From Tubiluchus corallicola (Eukaryota; Animalia; Priapulida), in NCBI GenBank assembly GCA_030141605.1, contig JAQGDQ010000128.1, positions 124,001 to 188,000 of the forward strand: 64,000 bases of DNA. Reading direction: 5' to 3'. The notes beneath the pieces are model-generated. The model did no database searches. It saw nothing but the letters and a program-made list of their open reading frames with translations, and was not told the DNA's origin. The translations under genes and the position numbers were made by a program. Shown here one piece after another: positions 1-12,250 of the stretch (positions within the stretch are counted from its first letter, which is position 1; each line of letters begins with the position of its first letter).

Positions 1-182
1 ATTTTTGCACTGTACAACGAAATACTCTTTATCCTGCCTAATTCAATTAACTAGGGCATTTACGAGTAAAGTAAAATACGATTAAATCTAGACGAATCCA
101 AAAAATTTCAATATTTGAGATACATCAAATGAGCTACATCACATATTTTTTCGGTTCTTGTTTGTATATATTTTGTGTACAG

Positions 183-308
183 AAGCCAGGCAAGCGAGAG
201 AAAGACTTGAAACACTTGTTGACGCTGGAGGAATAGGAAAAGAAAAACCAGATGTTTCTTGGAACCAATACACAGTACAGATGCTAAAACACAGGCGAAA
301 AGTCCATG
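183..308 (+). CDS. TEX49: TEX49/SPMIP11-like protein, penultimate coding exon (5' part lies outside the window)
   Basis: Acceptor ttttgtgtacAG at 181-182 and donor G|gttggt at 309. Reads (E)ARQARERLETLVDAGGIGKEKPDVSWNQYTVQMLKHRRKVH and joins the exon at 1460 in phase 1. Confidence 0.75.
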
Positions 309-1459
309 GTTGGTATCAACAATCGAAATTTTTACCAACAATTAGATACCCTCTAATATCATTCGCTGATGTTTTAACTGTAAGCTTGTATGAAATGAAA
401 AATAAGTCCGTAATTATAATAATCGCCTACTAATCATACAATAATTAATACTGAAGCAATATTTCAACCAGATGAAATTGCCTGGCTGGTCGTGATTAAG
501 CCTAATCTACGTTTTAAGTAAGTTTTATGTGATGAGCTGTCCGTGACGGCAAAGTGTCCGTGTAGATTGCAAAACGTAATACCTGCTCATTACACTTTCT
601 TTGCTCAGAAGCTGATATGAGCAAGTTTTATTCGATTAGTTTTCCATAACAAGGAAAAGTGCCCATGTAAGTTCGAAAAAGTTGTCCATGTCAAATTTCG
701 CTTGTTAATTTAAGAAGCAGTGAACGGTAAGATGGCCGTGTACGCGCTTTGGAGAGAAAACTTTTGGATGCGCACTCATCAGTGCTTTATTTAACATGCG
801 TTATACCGTAACTGAGCTACTCATATTTCGGTATTTGACATGCAACCTCAACTCGTTGTTGGACTTAATTTAACAATTAATTTAACTGTGCGAGCAAATT
901 CTATTTAAATGTAACATAGAAAACTTGATGTAGTGTAGATGGCCTACGCTGACTTCACCAAAAATCATCGCGAACAACTTGCTAATCTAGACTGTCTTAA
1001 AAGAGCTAGGAGTACGTAAACTTTCGGACGATTTTTTGGCCTATGCAGCCACAGCCAGCTCGTCACCCGTGGCCTACAAAGTTATAGTTGTCGCCATTTA
1101 TGACTTGCATTACCATTCCCTGATTAGTTTAAGAACGGTTTCAAATCTGGGGAACTTAAATGTGAAAAGGATATTAAAAATGCAGCTATATCTAATTTAA
1201 TAGTTGTTTAGTAACGCAATGTTCTCGTGATAAGATCATAAAATTTAATTATCACATTATCATTATCTTCTTGTTCATCACCATTTTGTCCAGCATGCCA
1301 CCACAGAAACCGCCAGCACTAACATCAGTACCATCGCCATCACCACGTCGTCGTCGTTGTCGCTGTTGTCCTCCTCCTCCTCGCCATCATCACTGCTGAT
1401 TATAGTTATTGCAATAACTATGAAGATATGAAGCTCCCGTCCTTTTACTCTGTATTTAG

Positions 1460-1647
1460 ATCCGCAAGATGTCTACCGAGTTCCTGTGCTCACGTCGCAA
1501 GACTATGGATGGTGGTCAAAGCCCGGTGAGAACATTCAAAAGAAAGAACCGTGGACGTACGTACCAAGACTACCTCGCATAAACTCAGAGATGACACGAT
1601 TTGTTAACCAAATGCAGTTGTCACAAAAAGACTTCTCCATGTTCTAA
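1460..1647 (+). CDS. TEX49: TEX49/SPMIP11-like (sperm/ciliary microtubule inner protein), terminal coding exon
   Basis: Acceptor tgtatttAG at 1458-1459. Reads DPQDVYRVPVLTSQDYGWWSKPGENIQKKEPWTYVPRLPRINSEMTRFVNQMQLSQKDFSMF*. This matches the remembered TEX49 C-terminal pattern (P..v.R.PlT..Q...WW...PW...R....S.MTRF......D..FS.). AATAAA at 1923-1928. Confidence 0.82.
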
Positions 1648-4600
1648 TACGAATAATAGTGATATTTTTAAATATTTAATTGTTTATATTTAATTTTCAA
1701 CTTTACACTGATAATGTGGAAAAACTTGTCAACGAATAATCACTCTATATGTCTGTATTTAACATCTGATTTGACCCGAGTTTGCCGCTTTCATGTTTCT
1801 AATTGTGTTATTATTTAGAAATATTGATTATTTAATTAAGTGATGGAAACATTTATGACATCGAATACCGAACCGTTCATGAAGTGCTAAGCCAAAAAAT
1901 TTAAGTAGCGACAGACTTGGTTAATAAATGAATTTCTGGCAGCAGTAATATTTTCTCTAGGCGGTTTCATCTATCAACGTGCTTCTAATTATTTCTTTTG
2001 TTAATCATGGTTGCGATGCTGTTACTAAGTAACTGCATCATGTCAGAGGAATAGCTTTTGTAAAGAGCTACGTCACCGAGCCACCACAACCAATTATAAC
2101 TTTTATGTCATACATTGGAATTTACTTTTATACTTTATATCATAATGTGTAATTCAGCTGACAAATTACGTCAGTTTCAGTTATTACTAAGACGTATGAG
2201 CAAAAATGTATGGCGGCTAGCAATTGTTAATGGATTATCAAGTGGTAATGCATAACGTTTCTTGTCAATAGACAGCTCCAATGCTATGCTTTACACTATG
2301 GTAGCACAATGGAAATTTTCGCAGCACCAATTTCAACAAAACCATCGCTAATTTGGAAGAATTTCACAGAAATTAAATCTGAATACTCAGTGTAACAATA
2401 ATAACTGCAGCAAATTATTTTAATCATAAAATTACTTCACTATTAATTATTAGTTTTATATCTGTTGTTTGTCTTGACTGTCGCATAAAGTTGAAAAGTA
2501 GCTTTAGTCTGTCTAACCTTTGTATTTCGTATATGTAATAACAACTTCGAGCAGATAATGAATTTTATTTGAATTTAAACCTTTATATCACAATTTATTC
2601 CATTTAAAACAATAGTTAAAGACGTTCAAAATAAAAGATATGGCACTACACAAAAATTAGCTAAAAATTTATTGCTTACAAGACAAACAATATGTACAAT
2701 AAAATACAAAATGTCAGTTCTTTAAATGTAATAATAAAAAGCGTACACGGCATTACAAATACAATAAAATAATAAAATCTATATTCACTGTTTCATACAC
2801 TCAGTGAACAGATGACGAATAAGAACATTTACAATTCCATTCTGTGTGTGTGACTATATTCTATATACATAATTACAACTAAAAACTTTTGTCGCATTAA
2901 ATATACTTTGACATACATTACAATTACCCGTATCGACTTCAGTAGCTGTTTTGGCTTCCCTAGACCATTATAGCATTATTCAAAGTTGTGACATGTTACA
3001 GACAAGCACACCTGTGACCCAGCCTCGATAATTATATTTGCCAAACAGCGCGCCATAAATGTGAAATGGCTTCAATAATTTGTGACCTGTACGAAAAGAA
3101 TATATGTGCTGTAGCTACTTTGTCTATGCTGCAAATTTAAATTGTAAACTTTTTCATAATTATTGATTTTTTTGTGCCAGAGCGCACAAAATGCGGTAAT
3201 CCTTGTTATGCTCATTTTGTGATTTTAATTTTTTCTATTTTGCTGCGTGGTTCCTATCGTCTTAGAGGTTGTCCAAAAAACAGAATTGAGCCCAGTTCTT
3301 AAGCTAGCTAATCGAACTTGAATGTAAAGTTGGGTTTCGCATAATTTCACCAGCTATGTATTATAACTGTCCGTAAATTTTTTGCCTACAGTAAAGATCA
3401 AGACCTTCAAATTGCTGCGATGGCGAAAGTGAGGAGGATGAGAAACAGTTATGAAATCATCATCATCGTCATAATTTTTTACTTTTCTCTGTTTTCTTCT
3501 TTTGTTTCGATTTCCATTCTTTTCGCGTATGATTTTTTGGCTGCTTTTCAGAGGTTCATTCGAACAAAAGCTTTTGTAGACTAAGATAATATGTAAAACA
3601 GGAAAATATTTTCAAGAAAATATGTCTAATAATTTAGTAGAGAAGTACTAACCATTTTTTCAAGCAGTCATTGTTACACCCACGCTCTAGAACGATGGAT
3701 ATTCTTTTAGAGATGTCAACTTTCGTGATTAGATCTGTTCTTACCTCACACTAATGACTGCCCGTAGGCTAAATGAAGTCGGTTCTGTGCCATTTGACGC
3801 TTATTGTCAACCATCTTAAATCAAACAAATGCATGCAGTTAGACTACATATTGGAAAGTCAAGCAAATAAAATTGTCAAAAGTAGGCAGACAGTGACGTC
3901 CAGTCCTATTCACTGTTACACCTTCTTCAGTTTTCCATTTAAATTTGCCAATACTTAGACTGCCACGCGAATATGCATTATGAAATAGGATTTTCAATTT
4001 CATCGACTATCAACCGATAAAGTGTAACTATTCTGCGTCAATAAAAGCAAACGAGGGTTCATAAATTCGAAATGACCGTCTCGTATATGACTAGCTGTCT
4101 AAATAAAGAAACAGCAGAGAAATCAGCCGGGCGACATCTGAAAATTTTCTTACTTGTCTCCAATCGTAACTGTAATAAGTTTCTAAATTATTTTGCATGC
4201 GAAAACACTCGCAAGTTAACTTTTTACCTCGAAGTTGACAGTAAGACAAATTACTAAGTGAGCAACACTATCACATTGTTAATTGCTTCAGCATCTCACA
4301 GCTTACAGTCTGTTTCTGACAAGCAATAGGAGGAATCTTTTCTTATTTACTATCCAACAATTGATATTAAAAGACTCGATGAAGTTCTGTTTCCATAATA
4401 CATGTAACACCATATACCTGGGCAAGTGACATTGACAGCGGAGTTCAACCTAGGAGCGCAGCAGCAGGCCAGTTCGATATGAATGTAATATTAGCATAAA
4501 TTTATACGGCCATTTGACTAGAGAGTGGCATTAATTTCGTTATGTAGTTCGTTGACTGTCTCTCGGAGCTCTCTCAAATCAGGCTGATTCGATAAGTTTG

Positions 4601-5981
4601 AACGGAGGTACATTTGCGACGTAACTTTTTTGGAATACAAAACGGTTTTGACACGGGGCGTTTTGATATTATAGACATATAGTATTTGATATAATTTGAA
4701 AATTATGTAATAACTCATAATGTAATAACTAACCGATATTGGAACACGACAAAACGCATTATGTTAATAACATGACTTAATAATTAGCAGAATTAATGTT
4801 ATTTGGTACAATTTTCTTATATTTAGTAAATAATTTTGATTTTTTGGAATACGAAGATGGTGTGCATTACTAACCCATCGACTCATTGCATCACATTCTT
4901 TTTCAACACGCCTCTTGAAGAAAATGACAGACCTCATTTAGAAGGTCCGAATCTAATGCACCAGATTCTTTCGAAGATTTGCCAACAGAGAGAATGCCTG
5001 TCTATAATATTCTACATGTTCGCCGATTTGTTTAAGAGTTTCGACGTTTTCGCATTAGCAAAAGTGGGATTTCAGAGAAAACCATGATATATTCTGCCAA
5101 GGAAGCTATCACTGAAGCTGTTGACGAGTTTATCGAAGTTCAGTGCGCGACTGTTTTTGTATCAGGAGAAATGTCAGTTCGATATGGTGGTCGACTCCAA
5201 GACAGTAGTATTTCATTTCTTTAAAATGGACGGTTCCATGAATCACGTCACATTAAATTCAAGGTCCATGCAATTCTGCTGCAAGGTCATTGCTAAGACG
5301 ACAGGCAAATATCCAAGAATATAACATGTTTTATGAATACCAGAAGATGCGTGTCTCTTCCAAATAGCTGGCGATTTTTTTTTGTTGGACTGCAAAGGAA
5401 AACTGTTGCGATTATACAGAGCACTTGACGCGACAGAGTAACTCTCCGCCGCAGAGGTTTTAGATGCTATATGCAGAGTAATGGGGAATAGAAATAGTGT
5501 TGATATCTCTTAATCGATTATAATTGTGATGTGATTTCAAACAATTCGTAAATTCGACTGGCTAAATGGAACGTATAAATGTATCTATATCATATACCAG
5601 TTTTGTGCTTTTGAGTGTTAAATTTTACATAAATTATCGGTTTTCGACAATACACGTTACCATTAACTTTTACAGAGTTATATTCTGTTTAGTATTAAAA
5701 ACAAGTTATAGGCATTTTATTAAACTTCAAATCATGAATTAATTTCGGTGACTTTTCTTGCACTGTACTAACGTGTGTTCGATTTGAATTTCGTGTTGTG
5801 TTTATAGAATTGTGCATTTGAAAATACCATGAGAAAATTTTGGAATTTAGTAAATTTTAGAGAACTTAACTGTTCCAGTCATCTAGGGACAGTGGGAGTA
5901 TTTGGACATATTTTGTGTTAATTTACCTCATGTTTTCTTAGAATTATGGTAATTATGTTCGCCTTCATTTTTATTGCTAAT

Positions 5982-6024
5982 ACTGCTGCTGCTGCTGTTG
6001 CTAATACTGCTGCTATTGCTGCTG

Positions 6025-6116
<92 letters not shown>

Positions 6117-6211
6117 GCTACTACTACTACTACTACTGTTATTATTATTATTATTATTGTTATTACTATTATTACTATTATTTTTATTATTATATCATTA
6201 TTATCATTATC

Positions 6212-6301
<90 letters not shown>

Positions 6302-6329
6302 GTTTTTGTTGTTGTTGTTGTTGTTGTTG

Positions 6330-6370
<41 letters not shown>

Positions 6371-6386
6371 TTATTATTATTATTAT
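5982..6386. repeat. Compound trinucleotide microsatellite (GCT)n-(ACT)n-(ATT)n-(GTT)n
   Basis: Directly visible. Explains the poly-T/L/Y ORFs at 5946 and 5974. Confidence 0.97.
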
Positions 6387-6939
6387 AGCAGTTAATAAAC
6401 TGATGTTACATGTGAAGAGAAAATCGTGCTAACGAACGAAACGCATTTCTCTTAAGGGTGTTATGTAAAAGTTTCACTACATTAGAAAACTGGTACTTTA
6501 AATTTACTTGAAATAGTGGGGAAATGCCGTTCCCACAAAACAAAACCACTGGTTATTTTCGTGGATTCTTTTTTTAAATGGACTGCTTGTATGAATTTCC
6601 GATCTGGGAGAGAAGATTTAGGAAAATGAAACTAACACTGCAAACGACAGTGACAAGAACGGCGACGACGACAACAAGAACAACAGCAACAACGGCGAAA
6701 GAAAGGAATAGGAAAAAAAGAAAAACCAGAACGTGAAAAAGTGGAAAACCAATTTCATTTTTTATCCAGCCATTGAAAGTAAAATTTGGATAATATAAAC
6801 TTAAAATGGCTTCTCTGAGTAGATTAAAAAGACACTTTTACTGTTTCGCATTAGGTAAATTCATGTAGGAATGCTCATATCAATCTATTTTGTGATTGAC
6901 TTGTCCACAGTCTCGCATTCACAATTTGCTGCAACGCAA

Positions 6940-7041
6940 GGTGACGTCACCGAGCCGCAATGGTCACGTGGCTTCGGTTTTGCGCTTAAATGACTTTGCT
7001 CTGTATTATATATGATCTAAATACTAATCATCCCAGTCAGT
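6940..7041 (+). promoter_or_regulatory. Putative DH31 core promoter (CRE, E-box, TATA, Inr)
   Basis: Palindrome GGTGACGTCACC at 6940-6951, CACGTG at 6965-6970, TATATA at 7007-7012 and Inr TCAGT at 7037-7041, about 30 bp after the TATA. Confidence 0.65.
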
Positions 7042-7210
7042 AGCCAGTTGTACGCTGAAAAAGAGAGTCACAGAAAGGAGAAACATCCACGAAGCGAAGA
7101 AAAAATTGACGCAGTTCGCATGTAAAAAGTTGCATTAAAGTTGGTTAGAACAAGACCCTGCGCTACATAGACCAAGAAGCATTGAAGTACAAGATTTCTC
7201 AATTTTGAAG
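7039..7210 (+). other. Dh31: Putative non-coding exon 1 (5' UTR) of DH31
   Basis: Begins at the Inr and ends at a strong donor AAG|gtaaga (7211). The DH31 ATG lies 1 nt after an acceptor, so an upstream UTR exon is required. Assigning this exon to DH31 is inference. Confidence 0.6.
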
Positions 7211-8790
7211 GTAAGATAAGAAATTATAGTTTCAAATCGTTAAAGCACAAAAAACACACTTCGTAATTAAAGCTTTAAACATTCGCATTGATATTTTATG
7301 TTATTTGCATGCTGTCTTATTGCATACCGGGCTTGCGTAAGCAGTAATGCTGTATAAAACTTATAAATTAAAACTCCCGCGACAGCAGTAATTCGCATGA
7401 AGCAGGTTTAGATAACAACGCGTAAAGTTTGGAAAAATGATCAGAGCATTCATAGCACACTCTTCGTTAACTAAGCAACCGTTTAAATTACCCTATATTG
7501 TCAGTAAGATCAATAGTGTGTTTTTGGCGGGCCAGTAGAGCACACTAGGAAGGCGAGTCAGTGCCACTTTATCAGGTGTACAAATATTTTAAATTATTAA
7601 AAATTTTCTTATTTATTACGCGTAATGCTAAGTAATATAACTTTGTGTGGAAAATTCTTTGGGGTGTACTTTACAATTCCCTTTTCTTCCCTTTTAAATA
7701 TACAGCGCCAATTTCTGCAAACACTAGGCAGTTATTTGCGTTCATTTCAGCAGGTGAATGAGAAGTCATTTGACCTGACTGAAACTGTATAAAAAATTAT
7801 GTGATTTTATTTTGACGCAATTTCTTTTAATGGTTCTCTTTTCAGTGACTTCACGTATATGTATTATCGCATCCGTGAAAGCTTTCCCGTAGTGCAATGT
7901 TCCAATACGTTGATAAGTTTTGATAACAAATAAATTAATCACAGATTATATTACAACATAGAATCCCTTTCGGTTAATTAAAAGATGATTTTGCTTCTTT
8001 CATATGTATTTGATGACGTTCCAATTTATATAGGAGTATAATGTGATAATAAAACTTGTAATTTCGTCACTTCAATTGCTATGAGTAAACACGTAAGCTG
8101 ACAATATAAAGATTCTAATAAATTCTAATAAAAGCTTTCCGGTTAATTTCGTTATTTTATAAAAGATTATAAATTACTAAGTCAAGGTGATGGACTAATA
8201 AGGAAATACGAGCAAACAACTCTTTCAAAACAATTATAAATAAAGCACTTATAACAATATAAAAATCATATAAAAATTAATACTTAACACAGGCTAATAG
8301 GAGAAACTACATTGGTCACTTTCGTGATATTATAGCCGCAATAAAAGAACAAAACGCTAACAAACACTACCGCTTTGAAGAAACAGTTTTCGAATGTAGG
8401 ATGAAATAGCTAAATAAAAACCGACCATTATTTCCCTGTGATATGAAAAAATGGCAAAAAAAAGGACCTGAAACGAACTATCAAGAAATAGTGGTAAATT
8501 GGTAAGCAGTACAATAATTGTCTCAATTTACAATTGCTAGTTTTAACATCTAACGTTTAATTATAACATCTAATTACACCGTTGCACACCACGCTATTAT
8601 TACTAAGCGTGCTCTAGTAAAAGCAGTTGTAAACAGTTGTTAATCTGAATCACTGTGAAAACAGCGAACCAGGCATTTGGAATTGCATAATTTGAGCTGG
8701 GTAATAAGTACGCTAATAAAGGAAACTGGAACTGATTTACTAAGAAAATGATCATCAATGATGTTCAATAAAGATGAAGTTAGTTTACGA

Positions 8791-9150
8791 AAGGGACCGA
8801 ATTATGACCTTTAGTGGTCCCCTAGGCAAATGAAATTATGGGGCCTCTTCAGACGGGGCCACCCTCTAACTCGCCCGCCCCAGTCTTGAATATTTTTGCT
8901 CGTGACACATTGAAGTAAACTTATTGCAAAATCTAAACTAGAATAGCTTATCTAATGTTTGTCAATAAAAATGTTCTTTAAGACATGCCACTATTTTACT
9001 ATTAATTGCAAACCAAGTCAGCACATATTTTCACAACCATAGTTTATCTGAAAACAGATTATTTGCCAAATGTTAACAAAGTTTGAGGGCCCCAAACTTA
9101 ACGCACCCTAGGGTGCAGCCTATACTAGCCTATAGGATAATCCGGATATG
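8791..9150. mobile_element. Degenerate non-autonomous DNA transposon (MITE, possibly hAT-like)
   Basis: Imperfect inverted termini aagggaccgaattat ... ataatccggatatg, internal GGGCCC-type motifs, GC-richer than the flanks. Confidence 0.5.
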
Positions 9151-10070
9151 CTTACGTTGATGGTAACGGGGAGTGTGATACTGATCGGAAGTTTTTAATT
9201 TTGATAAAAAAGAAAACTTTGTCAATTCAGAAATCAATTCGGAAATTACTTGTCATGCAGAAATTACTTGCCTCTTACATTACTAGAATTTTTACCAAGA
9301 GAATTTTCTGAGCACTAAGTGAAATTAACAAGCAACAAACACTTGCTAATTAAGATGATCAATCAAGAATTTATATGGAAATAGCACTAACTACGAGTGT
9401 TGCAAAAATATCGGGATGACAACGATGATGATGATGATAATGATGACGAATAAAATGAAGATGGAAATGATGATGATAATAATGATGATGAGGGTGAATA
9501 TGATAAAGGTTACGGCGGTAGTTGCTTAGCTACAGTGACAGGGTTTGGCTAAAGCGTCAGTGACGTTGATTGCCGCGGCAATGGTGGAACAGTAGCAGCA
9601 GTAACGACTACGGTAGTGATTTCGATGTTTTATGTCTTTCAATTTAAGCACAAAATTGTTTTCGATGTCAGTAACAAATCGGATATATTTCTAGTTAGAA
9701 TTATGTAAATGTCAACAATACTTTAAAACACGGTCGAAACAATGACGATCCTTTCAATTGACTGTGATGACCTTGATAATAATTGCACAAGAGAGTTATA
9801 TCCTGCTAAATGCAATTCAGATAATGGCTTCAATACGGATTTAGCATGATAAGCATCCGTTTATACTGCGTAACAAACTTCCGAAACATTTCTGGGCATT
9901 TCAGCGTAATTCTGCACAAAATTTCACAGTGTAAATATTAAACCTATATCACATATTTCAACGCAACTCTATTACCCAAACAGTCCTTAACCTTAAATGT
10001 TCCGACCACATGTTGTTATAGCCTGTCTTCGCTGGCCATTAAATGTTTACAAATTATTTACGCTCGAACA

Positions 10071-10234
10071 GATAGTTGCAACAGAACACTGCGCACAGTT
10101 GTAAAGCTTTAAATTACCATTACAGTTTATTGGTTATTGTTTATAATGACACGATTTTCTCGTTTTAAAAATGAAAAACTGCAAAACACCTGTGATTTTT
10201 CTTTGCAAAAGGAGTGCCAGAGGAGTGAAAGAGC

Positions 10235-10270
<36 letters not shown>

Positions 10271-10608
10271 AAGACAGAGCGAGAAGGAAAGAGAACAAGA
10301 GGAAAGAAACAGAGAGAGAGAGTGAGATAGTGAGTGAGTGAGTGAGTGAGTGAGTGAGTGAGTGGATAAAGATAGAAAGAGAGAGAAAGAGAGAATTATT
10401 TAAATTCTTTGTCGTCCCCTTATTCATTCTTTTCTTCTTGTTCGTCTTGCAAAGGAGACTTACTCGTGGATACTTGCATCCTAGTTTTTTGCTAACATTC
10501 TAGTCATGAAACACAGTCTCCTTTGCAAGACGAACAAGACGATTTGCAATGATGAATAAGGAGACGACAAAGACTTTTAAATAATTCTCTCTTTCTCTCT
10601 CTCTCTCT

Positions 10609-10673
<65 letters not shown>

Positions 10674-10967
10674 CTCACTCACTCACTCACTCACTCACTC
10701 ACCCACTCACTCACTCACTTACTCATTCACTCACTCACTCTCTCGCACTCTCTTTGTCTGTTTCTTTCTTTTCGCTCTCTTATCTTCTCGTTCTCTCTGC
10801 CTCGCCCTCTCACTCCTCTAGCATTCCTTTTGCAAAGAAAAATTACAGTTGTTTTGCAGTTTTTTATTTTTAAAACGAGAAAATTGTGTCATTATAAACA
10901 ATCACCAACAAACTGTAATGGTAATTCAAAGCTTTACAACTGTGCCCAGTGTTCTGGTGCAACTGTC
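10071..10967. repeat. ~900-bp foldback inverted repeat containing GA/GAGT microsatellites
   Basis: Arm ~10071-10460 is the reverse complement of arm ~10516-10967, with a ~55-bp spacer. ORFs 10134(-) and 10668(+) translate to near-identical junk peptides. Confidence 0.93.
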
Positions 10968-11649
10968 ATATGTTGCTAAATCCTAGTATTTATATACGTG
11001 TGGAAATATAGAGGAAAAGTAGTTTTCTACAATTAGTATAAATCTCGTCGATATTTGATGTCAGTGCTCGCAGGCCGTGCGGAGCAAAATATCTGTGTAA
11101 TGGTTTAAGAAGGTCGACAATTTTTCGCCATTCAACTACATTTTGCCTGAACAAATATACTAGTGACAAAACTTTTATTGCACTGGAAGAAGTGCATATG
11201 AATAAAGCCTTAGCAGCAATACATTTACAGAAAATTTTAGTACCTTATTCTTGCCAATATTGAAAACATATTGCATTATTAATGAGTCAGATTCTCGTTG
11301 CAACAGATCAGATTCCAAATCACGTATTATATAGATACCATTTGACATTGGCGTCAATTTTAGCTATTTATTATATTAATTCTTAAGATAATTAAACGCT
11401 TGCTTATTAGCAATATGCATTTTGAATGGCCAAATGCAATGTTTGTCATTCGTGAAAAATATCGGGATTGCCGTATTGTTGCCAGCCAAGCTCTACTCCG
11501 AGCAAAACATTAATATTAAATTGTCTGTCCACGGAATCAGGATTAGCAGGTCTGTAAGGGCACAAGTTTCACAGACATTAGGCCACAAAAAATAGATATT
11601 CACATGCTAAGCAATCAATTGTTTATAACATCAACGTAGTATCATCGAA

Positions 11650-12250
11650 CGAGTCTACTGGGCAACTAGGGACGAGTTAGCACTAACTGCCGGATTGCCG
11701 GCCTCTCTTAATGGCCTATCAACACGAGTCTTTAACACAGTAAGGACTCTGTTGTAGAAGAAGGTCATGCAAATTAACACTTGCCCCCTCATTGCTCTTC
11801 ACTCAGAAGATCTATGCAGTCAGTAACAGTTCTTCCGTGATCGAATATGGATCACTTACTTTCAACACTCTTTGGAGAAAATTGTGTAATGTAACATACA
11901 GTTCAGATGCTCACAGATATCGTTCCAAGCTCTAAAAGCCACCACTTCACGTCATCTATTTGATTCCCTCTTGCTATTCTAGATTTGACCTCCATCTGTC
12001 TTCCCACTAAACATTCAATATGCAGTTTTCTTGTACTTTTGCAGGTGTTCCAATATTTTTTCGAAAATTTTGAGCAGTCCAAAAGCGTACCAGCTCCAGA
12101 CACTGCTGTCTCAAGCATCAACTTACATAACACAAGGTAAGAGCGCGGAAACTTTTGAGAATGTGGCTTCAAATACAAGTAAGCCATGTTCCTTCGCTAG
12201 AGGGCGTAGGTAACCCAAGTCATCTTGTGCTGGTGCCAATAGATGAACTG
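11650..12250 (-). mobile_element. Decayed 3' fragment of an RTE-like non-LTR retrotransposon
   Basis: Minus-strand frame gives ILNV*WEDRWRSNLE, resembling the RTE post-RT motif ILxIxWxDxxxNxE. Many stops and frameshifts; boundaries approximate. Confidence 0.4.

Noticed and set aside
4518-5324. ORFs 4518(-), 4836(+) and 5121(+)
   Set aside because: No recognisable domain and no consistent splice phases linking them.
5946-6432. 149-aa and 152-aa ORFs
   Set aside because: Stop-free translations of a trinucleotide microsatellite.
2070-6956. Shared 13-mer ACGTCACCGAGCC at 2070 and 6944
   Set aside because: 13-mer matches are expected by chance within 64 kb, and there is no extended similarity.
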